Part shown: piece after piece, positions 41,014 to 49,032 of the stretch | Layout of the letters: every line of letters begins with the position of its first letter | Numbering within the stretch: the first letter of the stretch is position 1 | NCBI GenBank assembly: GCA_041675205.1 | Contig: JBAYUF010000002.1 | Coordinates: forward strand, 134,568-187,081 | DNA: 52,514 nt | Origin: Patescibacteria group bacterium | Lineage (GTDB): Bacteria; Patescibacteriota; Patescibacteriia; GWA2-46-9 | Direction of reading: 5' to 3' | Position numbers and translations under genes: made by a program | The notes under the pieces: generated by a model | What the model saw: only the letters and a program-made list of their open reading frames with translations | The model's database searches: none | What the model was told of the DNA's origin: nothing

Positions 41014-41041
41014 TTGACAGCCCAAAGCATTTTGCTACTAT
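41014..41041 (+). promoter_or_regulatory. sigma70 promoter of the T-box leader
   Basis: TTGACA (41014-19), 16 nt spacer, TGc-TACTAT extended -10. Confidence 0.8.
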
Positions 41042-41057
41042 CCAATTACAATTCAAA

Positions 41058-41274
41058 AAGCGTTGATGGAGTTGACACTCCGGAGCTGCAGGAAGAACCT
41101 CTTGAAAGAGATAAGTAGAACCTTGCCGGGAATTCCCGTTATAGAATAGAGGTGTCCTAATTAGAGGGCACTGATAAGCTTAGACAGGCGACTGTCTAAG
41201 AAAACAGAGTGGCACCACGAGTAACCTCGTCTCTGTCTATCCAGAATTTTTATGGATAGAGACTAGGTTTTTTT
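41058..41274 (+). ncRNA. T-box riboswitch (Asp, ultrashort stem I) with intrinsic terminator
   Basis: K-turn-like GCGUUGAU/GGAGC base with GGAG-UUGACA-CUCC hairpin; stem II with GAA/AGUA; IIA/B pseudoknot (CGG-GAAUUC-CCGUUA..GAAU); antiterminator AGAG-UGGCACC-ACGAG-UAAC-CUCGU-CUCU; terminator plus U tract. Confidence 0.88.
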
Positions 41275-41293
41275 GTTGTCTTCATTTATGCGT

Positions 41294-42460
41294 ATGTTTG
41301 CCAAACGAATAGAACAACTTCATTCTTCACCAACATTAGCGCTGGAAGAGAACGTGAGACTTTTAGAGTCCCATGGAATTAGTGTCGTGAATTTAGGCAT
41401 TGGTGAACCAGATTTTGGTACTCCCTGGAGTATTCGCTTTGCAGCAATTGCTGCCATAGTGAAGGGGTTTACGCACTACACCGCCACTAGTGGCATCGTT
41501 GAATTGAGGACGGCAGTGTGCAAAAAACTTTTTGATGAAAATAAAGTTTTCTATCACCCAAGTGAAATAGTTATTGGGGTGGGAACGAAACAGTTGCTCT
41601 ATCACGCGTTTCAAGTACTTTGTGACAGTGGAGACGAGGTTATTGTGCCCGTGCCCACATGGAGTACGTATGCGGAACAAGTACGACTGAGCGGCGCAAC
41701 ACCCGTCTTTGTTACCCTAGAACCACCCTTTCGTTTAACCGCGGCCGCTCTAGAAAAAAGTATTACTTCAAAAACAAAAGCAATTGTATTAAATAGTCCA
41801 GCTAACCCAACCGGGGCGATTATAGAAGAAGAAGAATTGATAAAAATAGCTGAGATTGCCGTAGAAAAAAATATAATCGTTATTTCTGACGAAATCTACG
41901 AGAAAATTATATTCGGGCGTAGACATGTATCAATCGCATCTCTCAATGAAGAGATAAAAGCACGTACTGTAACGATAAATGGTTTTTCAAAAAGTTATGC
42001 CATGACCGGTTGGCGGGTTGGTTTTGCTGCTGGGCCAAAACATATTATCGATGCCATGGTTGCCCTGCAAAGCCAAACAACCTCAAGTACGTCGTCTATT
42101 TCTCAGAAAGCCGCCTGTGCGGCGCTGACTCATCCGCAAAAATCAGTTGAGGCGATGCGGACGGTCTACCGTAGCCGTCGTGATTTTTTGGCAGCAGCAC
42201 TGGCCAAGACTCCACAGCTATCGTTCACGCTTCCTGATGGTGCCTTCTACTTTTTTGTCGATATCAGCCCGCTGCTTGGAAAACAGTTTCAGAGCGCAGT
42301 GGCCTGGTGCCAAGCGTTACTTGACGAAGAACGAGTTGCTGTCGTTCCAGCCGAAACTTTCCTTTATAAAAATTATATTCGTTTAAGCTTTGCTGTACCC
42401 ATCGAGGAATTACAGGAAGGGATAAAACGTATTGAACGGTTTGTAAAAAAGTATGAATAG
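41294..42460 (+). CDS. aspC: Class I PLP-dependent aminotransferase (aspartate aminotransferase-like)
   Basis: GIGEPDF, YTATSG..ELR, NSPANPTG, SDEIYE, NGFSKSYAMTGWRVG; the start may be 41288 or 41294. Confidence 0.9.
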   Translation: MFAKRIEQLHSSPTLALEENVRLLESHGISVVNLGIGEPDFGTPWSIRFAAIAAIVKGFTHYTATSGIVELRTAVCKKLFDENKVFYHPSEIVIGVGTKQLLYHAFQVLCDSGDEVIVPVPTWSTYAEQVRLSGATPVFVTLEPPFRLTAAALEKSITSKTKAIVLNSPANPTGAIIEEEELIKIAEIAVEKNIIVISDEIYEKIIFGRRHVSIASLNEEIKARTVTINGFSKSYAMTGWRVGFAAGPKHIIDAMVALQSQTTSSTSSISQKAACAALTHPQKSVEAMRTVYRSRRDFLAAALAKTPQLSFTLPDGAFYFFVDISPLLGKQFQSAVAWCQALLDEERVAVVPAETFLYKNYIRLSFAVPIEELQEGIKRIERFVKKYE

Positions 42461-43961
42461 AAAGATTCCAGCCACCATGGTTTCACAACACCCAGATCAA
42501 GCTGGTACGCCTTATTGGCATACCGAAGCGTTTATTAGTACGCAACAGGAAACACATGAGTGCTTCCTTTCTTTTTCCGAGCTCGGTGTCTCAGAGTACA
42601 AATGGGATTGGGAAGGCAAATTTGTCGATGAATCGGTCATTGAACGTTTGTTGGCGGAACATCTCGAATACTTTAAAAATTTTCCCCTGGGTAAAGATAA
42701 GTTTTTAACATTTCGTCTTCCAAACCCAAAGGTGGAAACAGAATTTCGTTTGGGTAGGGCATTCATGGGCATTTTGGGCGCGGCTGGTCTAGCAAAAGAA
42801 GTTGGTCTTCACGCTCCGCCCTTATTTGAAGTCATTTTACCCATGACAGAGTCAGCCGAAGAGATGATTGCCATTCAAGAATCGTTTAAAGAGTTGGCGT
42901 CGTTAAAACATCCGCTGCACAACTTCGAGAGAGGTGGCCTGACCCATATTGAACTTATCCCACTTTTTGAACAAGTCGATGTTATTATCGCGTCTGCTCA
43001 TATTTTGGAAACGTACTTGGCACTTCATGAGCGAATCTTTCATTTTACACCAGCGTACATTCGGCCGTACCTCGCCCGTTCAGATCCAGCATTGAATTCC
43101 GGATTAGTGCCAACCGTACTGGCCATAAAAATTGCTTTGTCTCGTTATCAAGAGCTTGAACAGAGAACTGGGGTGCGGCTGTACCCAATCATCGGTTCAG
43201 CTTGTTTGCCATTTCGTGGGGGACTAACACCCGATACAGTGGCAGAATTTTGTCACGAGTATCGAGGTATAAAAACTGCGCTTTTGCAAAGTGCTTTTCG
43301 GTATGATTTTGACAAAAAAAAGGTTCTCGAAGCAATCCGCCTGCTCGAAACGATGCTCCCCTTAGGCGAGGCAGCAACGATTACGCCATCGGAAGAACAG
43401 AAGCTACTAACGCTCATTACATACTTTGAGGGGGCTTACCAGCGAACGGTTGAGGGCATTGCGCCAATTATCATGCAGGTTGCTTCTGCGTTGCCACGAC
43501 GACGGGAGCGAGTGCAGCATATTGGTCTTTTTGGTTATTCACGGAGTCTTGGAAAAGTGCAACTGCCTCGTGCCATAGGTTTTACTGGTGCGCTGTACTC
43601 ACTTGGCGTTCCGCCGGAACTCATCGGCACTGGTAGGGGAATAAAGTATGCTGAGGAAAATATGGGCGTGGACTTGCTAGAGAAGTATTATATTGGTCTG
43701 CGGCGTGAGCTGAAACGAGCCGGTGGCTTTTTGTGTAAAGAAGGATTGGCACGTCTGGCAACATTGTCTCCTGAATGGAAAGAGGTTGAGCAAGATGTTC
43801 AGTACATAGAAGCGTATCTTGGGGAACGTTTAGGACCTGTTACCAAAGACGAAATTGAGCACGCGAATATTGTTCAAAAGGTGCATGCTAGACTAGAGGC
43901 CGGTGAGTCATTTGAAGAGTATTTACAACCGTTGGCAGTGCTTCGAAAGAGTATAGGCTAG
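42453..43961 (+). CDS. ppcA: Archaeal-type phosphoenolpyruvate carboxylase
   Basis: IPATMVSQHPD, WDWEGK, TFRLPN, EVILPMT, IPLFE, ARSDPALNSG, PFRGG, QSAFRYD, LFGYSR, LPRAI.FTGALYS.GVPPE. Confidence 0.95.
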   Translation: MNRKIPATMVSQHPDQAGTPYWHTEAFISTQQETHECFLSFSELGVSEYKWDWEGKFVDESVIERLLAEHLEYFKNFPLGKDKFLTFRLPNPKVETEFRLGRAFMGILGAAGLAKEVGLHAPPLFEVILPMTESAEEMIAIQESFKELASLKHPLHNFERGGLTHIELIPLFEQVDVIIASAHILETYLALHERIFHFTPAYIRPYLARSDPALNSGLVPTVLAIKIALSRYQELEQRTGVRLYPIIGSACLPFRGGLTPDTVAEFCHEYRGIKTALLQSAFRYDFDKKKVLEAIRLLETMLPLGEAATITPSEEQKLLTLITYFEGAYQRTVEGIAPIIMQVASALPRRRERVQHIGLFGYSRSLGKVQLPRAIGFTGALYSLGVPPELIGTGRGIKYAEENMGVDLLEKYYIGLRRELKRAGGFLCKEGLARLATLSPEWKEVEQDVQYIEAYLGERLGPVTKDEIEHANIVQKVHARLEAGESFEEYLQPLAVLRKSIG

Positions 43962-44041
43962 AGGTAGTCCGACAGTCGCAAATTTTATTGACGACGAACC
44001 GACGCAAAAACTCTTGAGGAAAAAATCTGTAACTGAATCAG

Positions 44042-44473
44042 TTAGGCAAGCTTTATTATGATTAAAGAACCGATAAATATAAAAACTGAGCCTAGGAGGA
44101 AATAGAAATCTAAGCTTGTTTTAAAAATCAAAAAACTAAAAAGTATAACAAAAAATGGGTATGCTATTTCAAAAATTGATGCAGTTGGTGCTCCTAGTAT
44201 TTTTATACCAGAGAAGATAAAAAAATTTGCTAGTGTTGCCAAAATTACGGCAGCAAGAATTAAACTTAGATTTAGTTTTCCGGACGTCAGTAAAACCTTT
44301 AGCGACTGCGTATCCAAAAGTATTATCGGCAACGTAATACTGGCTACGAGAATGGCATCAACAAAAATCAAGGATAATGGAGAAACTTTGTCCAGTATCT
44401 TTTGGTCTATGGTATATACCAAACCCCACGTGACAGCGGCAGCTATGGCGTATATAAACCCAACGGTTTTCAT
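44042..44473 (-). CDS. EamA/DMT single-repeat membrane protein (very AT-rich)
   Basis: 143 aa, about 5 TM helices, ASIFEIAYPFF. Confidence 0.8.
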   Translation of the reverse strand: MKTVGFIYAIAAAVTWGLVYTIDQKILDKVSPLSLIFVDAILVASITLPIILLDTQSLKVLLTSGKLNLSLILAAVILATLANFFIFSGIKILGAPTASIFEIAYPFFVILFSFLIFKTSLDFYFLLGSVFIFIGSLIIIKLA

Positions 44474-44526
44474 AAAGATTTGAAATTTTTTCCCTCACAT
44501 TCCGAATATTTCGGAATGATTTCTAT

Positions 44527-44648
44527 TGCTGCGGGACTACTGACCTCACTTATTTTACCTATCCAAAACCAAGTTTGACTTGGTGGTGTCCCGCCGCTGC
44601 GGGACTACTGTCAGTATAAACATTTTGAAAAATCAAAATGACCACTAA
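44527..44648 (-). repeat. tRNA-Leu(TAA) 3' trailer units (one complete, one truncated)
   Basis: Minus strand: ...TTGATTTTTCAAAATGTTTATACTGACAGTAGTCCCGCAGCGGCGGGACACCACCA, then ...TCAGTAGTCCCGCAGCA truncated. Confidence 0.8.
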
Positions 44649-44734
44649 TGGTGCCCGGGGAGGGAGTCGAACCCTCATGGCCGTGAGACCCGGGGATTTT
44701 AAGTCCCCTGCGTATACCATTCCGCCACCCGGGC
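44649..44734 (-). tRNA. tRNA-Leu(TAA)
   Basis: GCCCGGG/CCCGGGC acceptor, anticodon loop CTTAAAA, long variable arm, encoded CCA. Confidence 0.97.
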
Positions 44735-44741
44735 TTATGAA

Positions 44742-45086
44742 CTAGGAGAAGCTTAAAATAATCAGAGATATAACACCAATTGTTACCCCCGCTATTTGCC
44801 ACCCCGTGAGTGCCTCATTGAATATAAGCACACCGATGACTAAAAAACCAACGATGCTAAGGATTGTCCAGATAACAGATGTTATGACAAGCCCTTCTCG
44901 GAGTAAGGTTGGTATATAAAAAACAGCAGAGCCGATGTACCCAAGCACCGCCAAACCAAAGAGTAGTCGACTAGAATTGATTGACCAAAGTTTTGCAAAG
45001 TAATCACCGGCGACTACCGAGCTAGCACTCAGTAGCAAAAGAACGATAACGGGAATTTTCTCAATTAGTTGGCTACTGACAGACAT
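44742..45086 (-). CDS. Small 4-TM SMR/DMT-like membrane protein
   Basis: 114 aa hydrophobic; IFNEALTGWQIAGVTIG pattern. Confidence 0.75.
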   Translation of the reverse strand: MSVSSQLIEKIPVIVLLLLSASSVVAGDYFAKLWSINSSRLLFGLAVLGYIGSAVFYIPTLLREGLVITSVIWTILSIVGFLVIGVLIFNEALTGWQIAGVTIGVISLIILSFS

Positions 45087-45129
45087 AAAAATGGGTAGTG
45101 TGATTGATGCGCAGGATTTCTAAATCTTT

Positions 45130-45407
45130 CCGTTATCTAGCACCGTTGTCACGGCACTAAAGTTATTAGACTTTTCCGCTATGGTAGCCCCCCGTTGGGA
45201 CTACTGTCGTCGTTTATCTTTTGTCTCCGTCAAAAGTTTCACTATGGTAGCACCGTTGTCACGGCACTCCCGTCCTTGCATTTTCTATCACTATGGTAGC
45301 ACCGTTACTACGGCACTAAAGTCATTAGATTCTTTCCGTTATGGTAGCCCCGCTGCTGCGGGACTACTGATATCACTTATCTTTTGTCTTCGTCAAAAGT
45401 TTCACTA
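45130..45407 (-). repeat. Tandem array of five hairpin units behind tRNA-Met, four ending in GCTACCA
   Basis: Plus-strand anchors atggtagc at ~45181, 45244, 45293 and 45341, with a degenerate fifth unit at ~45135. Confidence 0.9.
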
Positions 45408-45484
45408 TGGTAGCAGGGGCGGGGCTCGAACCCGCGACCTCCGCCTTATGAAGGCGTTGCTCTAACCAGCTGAGCTACCCTGCC
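45408..45484 (-). tRNA. tRNA-CAT (elongator Met most likely; Ile2 not excluded)
   Basis: GGCAGGG/CCCTGCT acceptor (G1.U72), loop TTCATAA, encoded CCA; no initiator features. Confidence 0.93.
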
Positions 45485-45667
45485 ACAGAGATAAGATCCT
45501 ACAACGAACAATGACACAGGTGAAGGGTTTGTGTTGCCCCATGCCCGCCACAATGTGAAACTTTGGGCGGGCTGCCATAGAAGAGATAAAGTAGGGCGAA
45601 GTATAGCAGTCGTGGCGGGCCTCTGACAACCGTAGCCGACGACCAACAAATCAGTTATCATGGCGCC

Positions 45668-46051
45668 ATGACCGATGAAGTATTCAGCCAGCTTGTGCGT
45701 GAAGGAATAGATGCTATTCCAGAGCACTTCGGCAAGCTCGTGGATAATGTGGTTATAACCATAGAAGCAGTAGCGCGGCCCGAGCAGCTGAACGAAGTAC
45801 CCATAGCTCGGGGTCACACACTGCTTGGTTTGTACCAGGGTGTTCCTCAAACCCGTCGCGGACCAAACTACAGCATGGTGCTCCCTGATAAAATAACCAT
45901 TTTTAAAGAGCCCATTGTCGCGCTCGGTAACACCCCTGAGGGTATTCGAAAAATTGTCACCGACACTGTGTGGCATGAAGTTGCACACCACTTTGGTTTA
46001 GATGACGACGCCATTAATGCAGCACAGAAACGACGCCATGCTGCACTTTGA
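45668..46051 (+). CDS. Zincin-like metallopeptidase family protein
   Basis: LLGLYQGVP..R, PDKITIFK.PI, TVWHEVAHHFG. Confidence 0.88.
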   Translation: MTDEVFSQLVREGIDAIPEHFGKLVDNVVITIEAVARPEQLNEVPIARGHTLLGLYQGVPQTRRGPNYSMVLPDKITIFKEPIVALGNTPEGIRKIVTDTVWHEVAHHFGLDDDAINAAQKRRHAAL

Positions 46052-46658
46052 TCTTTCCCAAATTATTCAAACCGTCGGACTCTTGGGCGTCGCCGCTATA
46101 GTTTTTGCAGAGTCGGGGCTTCTTATTGGTTTCTTTCTGCCGGGGGATAGCCTGCTGTTCACGGCCGGACTACTGGCCTCACAAGGTGTTTTTTCATTCT
46201 CATTGCTCATTCTGCTCTCGTTTATAGCAGCAGTGGCAGGCGACAGTGTTGGGTATGCATTTGGGTATCGAATTGGTCCGCGGATTTTTACCCGAGAGGA
46301 TTCTCGATTTTTTAAAAAAGCACACCTTGAACAAGCACACAATTTTTTTGTTCGCTATGGCGCACAAGCCATTGTGCTGGCACGATTCATGCCCATTGTT
46401 AGAACGTTTACTCCGATTCTCGCAGGTGTTGGCAAAATGCCGTACCGCACATTCATCACTTATAATTTTATCGGTGCCGCATTGTGGGCGATTGGTATAC
46501 CGACACTTGGGTTCACTCTTGGTACACTTGTGCCAAGTATTGACGAGTACATTCTCCCTATAATTGCTGGAATCATCGTGGTGTCATTTATCCCGCCAAT
46601 TAAAAGCTGGTGGCAGTCGAGAAAGTCTTCACGAACCCAGGAAAGCACGCTAGGATAG
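46038..46658 (+). CDS. dedA: DedA (VTT/SNARE-associated) membrane protein
   Basis: FAESGLLIGFFLPGDSLLFTAG, ARFMPIVRTF.P..AG; ATG 46038. Confidence 0.92.
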   Translation: MLHFDLSQIIQTVGLLGVAAIVFAESGLLIGFFLPGDSLLFTAGLLASQGVFSFSLLILLSFIAAVAGDSVGYAFGYRIGPRIFTREDSRFFKKAHLEQAHNFFVRYGAQAIVLARFMPIVRTFTPILAGVGKMPYRTFITYNFIGAALWAIGIPTLGFTLGTLVPSIDEYILPIIAGIIVVSFIPPIKSWWQSRKSSRTQESTLG

Positions 46659-46674
46659 AAAAACTGTACTTTAG

Positions 46675-46748
46675 GCGGGCATCGTATAATGGTAATACCT
46701 CAGCTTTCCAAGCTGATGCCAGGGGTTCGATTCCCCTTGCCCGCTCCA
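46675..46748 (+). tRNA. tRNA-Gly(TCC)
   Basis: GCGGGCA/TGCCCGC acceptor, loop TTTCCAA, discriminator T plus encoded CCA. Confidence 0.97.
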
Positions 46749-47028
46749 AAAGCGGAACTTTTGACGGAGACAAAAGATAAATGATGATGGTGTCCCGCGT
46801 AGGCGGGACTCCAAGGAATTCAATCTTTGATTTTTCAAAATGTTTACGATGACAGTAGTCCCGCAGCAGCGGGGCTCCAACAGAGCCGAGTTTTTTACCA
46901 CGACAAAAGATAAATGATGATGGTGTCCCGCGTAGGCGGGACTCCAAAGAGTTAATTTTTCAAAATGTTTAGGATTTCAGTAGTCCCGCGTAGGCGGGAC
47001 TCCAGGGAACTTTTGACGGAGACAAAGG
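46749..47028 (+). repeat. Tandem array of four hairpin units (plus a partial fifth) behind tRNA-Gly, each ending in CTCCA
   Basis: Unit ends at ~46813, 46879, 46946 and 47004; two module types alternate. Confidence 0.9.
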
Positions 47029-47185
47029 CTAATGTAGTTTTTTTAAATTAATTTTTATCGCACAATTCAATGTACTAGTACATTGAATCAACAAAGAAAG
47101 GATCTCGATTTTACGCTGCGGAATCTTGATTTTATTCAAATAATCTGCTATAATTTAATAAATTAAGTAAACTTTATAATAAAAT

Positions 47186-47416
47186 ATGGGTTTATTCAGT
47201 GGAGAGCCAAAAGGTGAGTCGCATTTTTGGGCAAGTAGATTTATCCGCGAAAGGAAACCGGACGAAACAGAAGAGTCTAGCGACGAACCTGCGCACGGCC
47301 GTTTCGTACCTTTAGACGAAGCTCCCGGCACGGCACCTAGTCCAGAAGAAATATTGATTAGCCGGGAAAATGCTTTACCACCCGAGGAATTAACGAATAC
47401 AGATATAGAAGCGTAG
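47186..47416 (+). CDS. Short acidic hypothetical protein
   Basis: 76-aa ORF followed by a strong terminator. Confidence 0.55.
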   Translation: MGLFSGEPKGESHFWASRFIRERKPDETEESSDEPAHGRFVPLDEAPGTAPSPEEILISRENALPPEELTNTDIEA

Positions 47417-47436
47417 TTGTCGTGTCGCATTTCAAT

Positions 47437-47467
47437 CAAAGCCACCCTTACCGCAAGGGTGGCTTTG
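47437..47467 (+). terminator. Intrinsic terminator-like hairpin
   Basis: caaagccaccctt-accgc-aagggtggctttg. Confidence 0.75.
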
Positions 47468-47511
47468 TTGTTTCCGTGTCGGCAAAGAAAGCCCTGTGAT
47501 ACCATTGTCTT

Positions 47512-49032
47512 ATGAAACCAGAAACAATATTAAAAGATTGGCAAAAAAGAGCCATTAGAACACGGGAACTTTCATTTGCCCGTGCCTTATTCAAAACGTA
47601 TCCTGATTCCAATCTTTATTTGGTCGGGGGCATGGTGCGCGATTTGCTACTTGGTCGACAAACGAAAGACTATGATTTTGTAGTGACCAATGTTGCCGAG
47701 GCGAAATTACTAACGTTTCTAAAGCGACATGGCCGAGTGAATACCGTCGGCCGGACGTTCGGGGTTATAAAATTTGTTCCAACAGGTCAACACGGCAGCT
47801 TGGCCATTGATATTGCGCTGCCGCGGCTTGATTTACCAGCCAAGGGAACTGGTGCATATAGGGATATAAAGGTGGTGCGTCGTGCGTCTTTACCTATCGA
47901 AGAGGATCTTTTGCGTCGAGACTATACGGTGAATGCAATAGCCTGGGATATACGTGGTAAATGCATTGTCGACCCAACCGGCGGAATAGTTGATTTAAAG
48001 AAGCGACAATTACGTACGGTGGGTGATGCGGCAACTCGGTTCGCCGAAGATTACTCACGCGTCCTGCGTGGGTTACGATTTGCCGTTACACATAATTTTT
48101 CATTTGCACCAGCCACCTGGCGGGAGCTGCGGGTGGCGACGGCTGGGCTTGTAAAAAAAGTGAGCGGTGAATTTGTTGTACCGAGGGAAGTGATTGCTCG
48201 TGAGTTTTTGCGGACGTTCGTTGCAAATCCCGTTATTGCGCTCAACCTGTATGACCGCAGTACGGCACTTGAGAAATTAATTCCTGAACTGCGAGCCACG
48301 AAAACGTGCCCGCAACCGCGCAAGTATCACAGCGAAGGGTCTGTTTGGAAGCACACTGCGTTGGCACTCGCGGCGCTTGCCTCTAGACGCTTCCGGGCAA
48401 AGCATGCAGGCATTGATGCGGAGTTAGTTGTAACGGTGTTACTACACGACATAGCCAAGCCGACCATGCTCAGAACTCCAAAAAAGGATGGCGTCGATCG
48501 TGTTCGTTTTGATGGGCACGATGTCGAAGGTGGAAAAATGGCTGAAGCAATTTGTGAGCGACTGAAGCTCTCTGTGATGTCAGTAGATTCGGGACTACAC
48601 GTTGAGCCAACAAATGTGCGCTGGCTTATTCAGCACCATCTTCTCTTGTTGCACGGTCGGGTGACTGATATGAAGTTGCGCACGGTGCTAAAGTACTTCG
48701 TTGACCATCCTTTGGCAGAAAAGCTCAAGGCACTTTTGCTGGCCGATACGCTCGGCACTATTCCAGCCAGTGGAAAGCCGTACACAAAACATCTTGTTGA
48801 CCTAGAGCGCCATTTGAAGCGGATACCCCGACGTGATGGTAAGTTGCCAGCGCCACTACTTGGTGGTGACGGCATTATGCGCGTGGTGCGTATTGCCGCC
48901 GGGCCGGCCATTGGGTTTTTGAAACGTCGATTGCGCGAAGAGCAGTTGATGGGTACAGTACGCACCAAGCAGGCTGCCGTAGAGTTTATAAAAGACGAAT
49001 ATGCCAGAACATACACTGAAGGTTCCAATTGA
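47512..49032 (+). CDS. cca: Class II CCA tRNA nucleotidyltransferase with HD domain
   Basis: VGGMVRD..LG..TKDYDF, EDLLRRDYTVNAIA, DPTGG..DL, FAEDYSRVLRGLRF, LLHDIAKP. Confidence 0.88.
   Translation: MKPETILKDWQKRAIRTRELSFARALFKTYPDSNLYLVGGMVRDLLLGRQTKDYDFVVTNVAEAKLLTFLKRHGRVNTVGRTFGVIKFVPTGQHGSLAIDIALPRLDLPAKGTGAYRDIKVVRRASLPIEEDLLRRDYTVNAIAWDIRGKCIVDPTGGIVDLKKRQLRTVGDAATRFAEDYSRVLRGLRFAVTHNFSFAPATWRELRVATAGLVKKVSGEFVVPREVIAREFLRTFVANPVIALNLYDRSTALEKLIPELRATKTCPQPRKYHSEGSVWKHTALALAALASRRFRAKHAGIDAELVVTVLLHDIAKPTMLRTPKKDGVDRVRFDGHDVEGGKMAEAICERLKLSVMSVDSGLHVEPTNVRWLIQHHLLLLHGRVTDMKLRTVLKYFVDHPLAEKLKALLLADTLGTIPASGKPYTKHLVDLERHLKRIPRRDGKLPAPLLGGDGIMRVVRIAAGPAIGFLKRRLREEQLMGTVRTKQAAVEFIKDEYARTYTEGSN

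Noticed and set aside
41090-41100. AAC (Asn) as the T-box specifier
   Set aside because: It falls in the stem II S-turn strand; GAC in the stem I loop fits better. Both tRNAs have G73, so this is not excluded experimentally.
45130-47028. CRISPR array interpretation of the tandem units
   Set aside because: There is no constant 25-40 nt repeat with unique spacers; the spacer-like parts are themselves repeated modules, and no cas genes are in the window.
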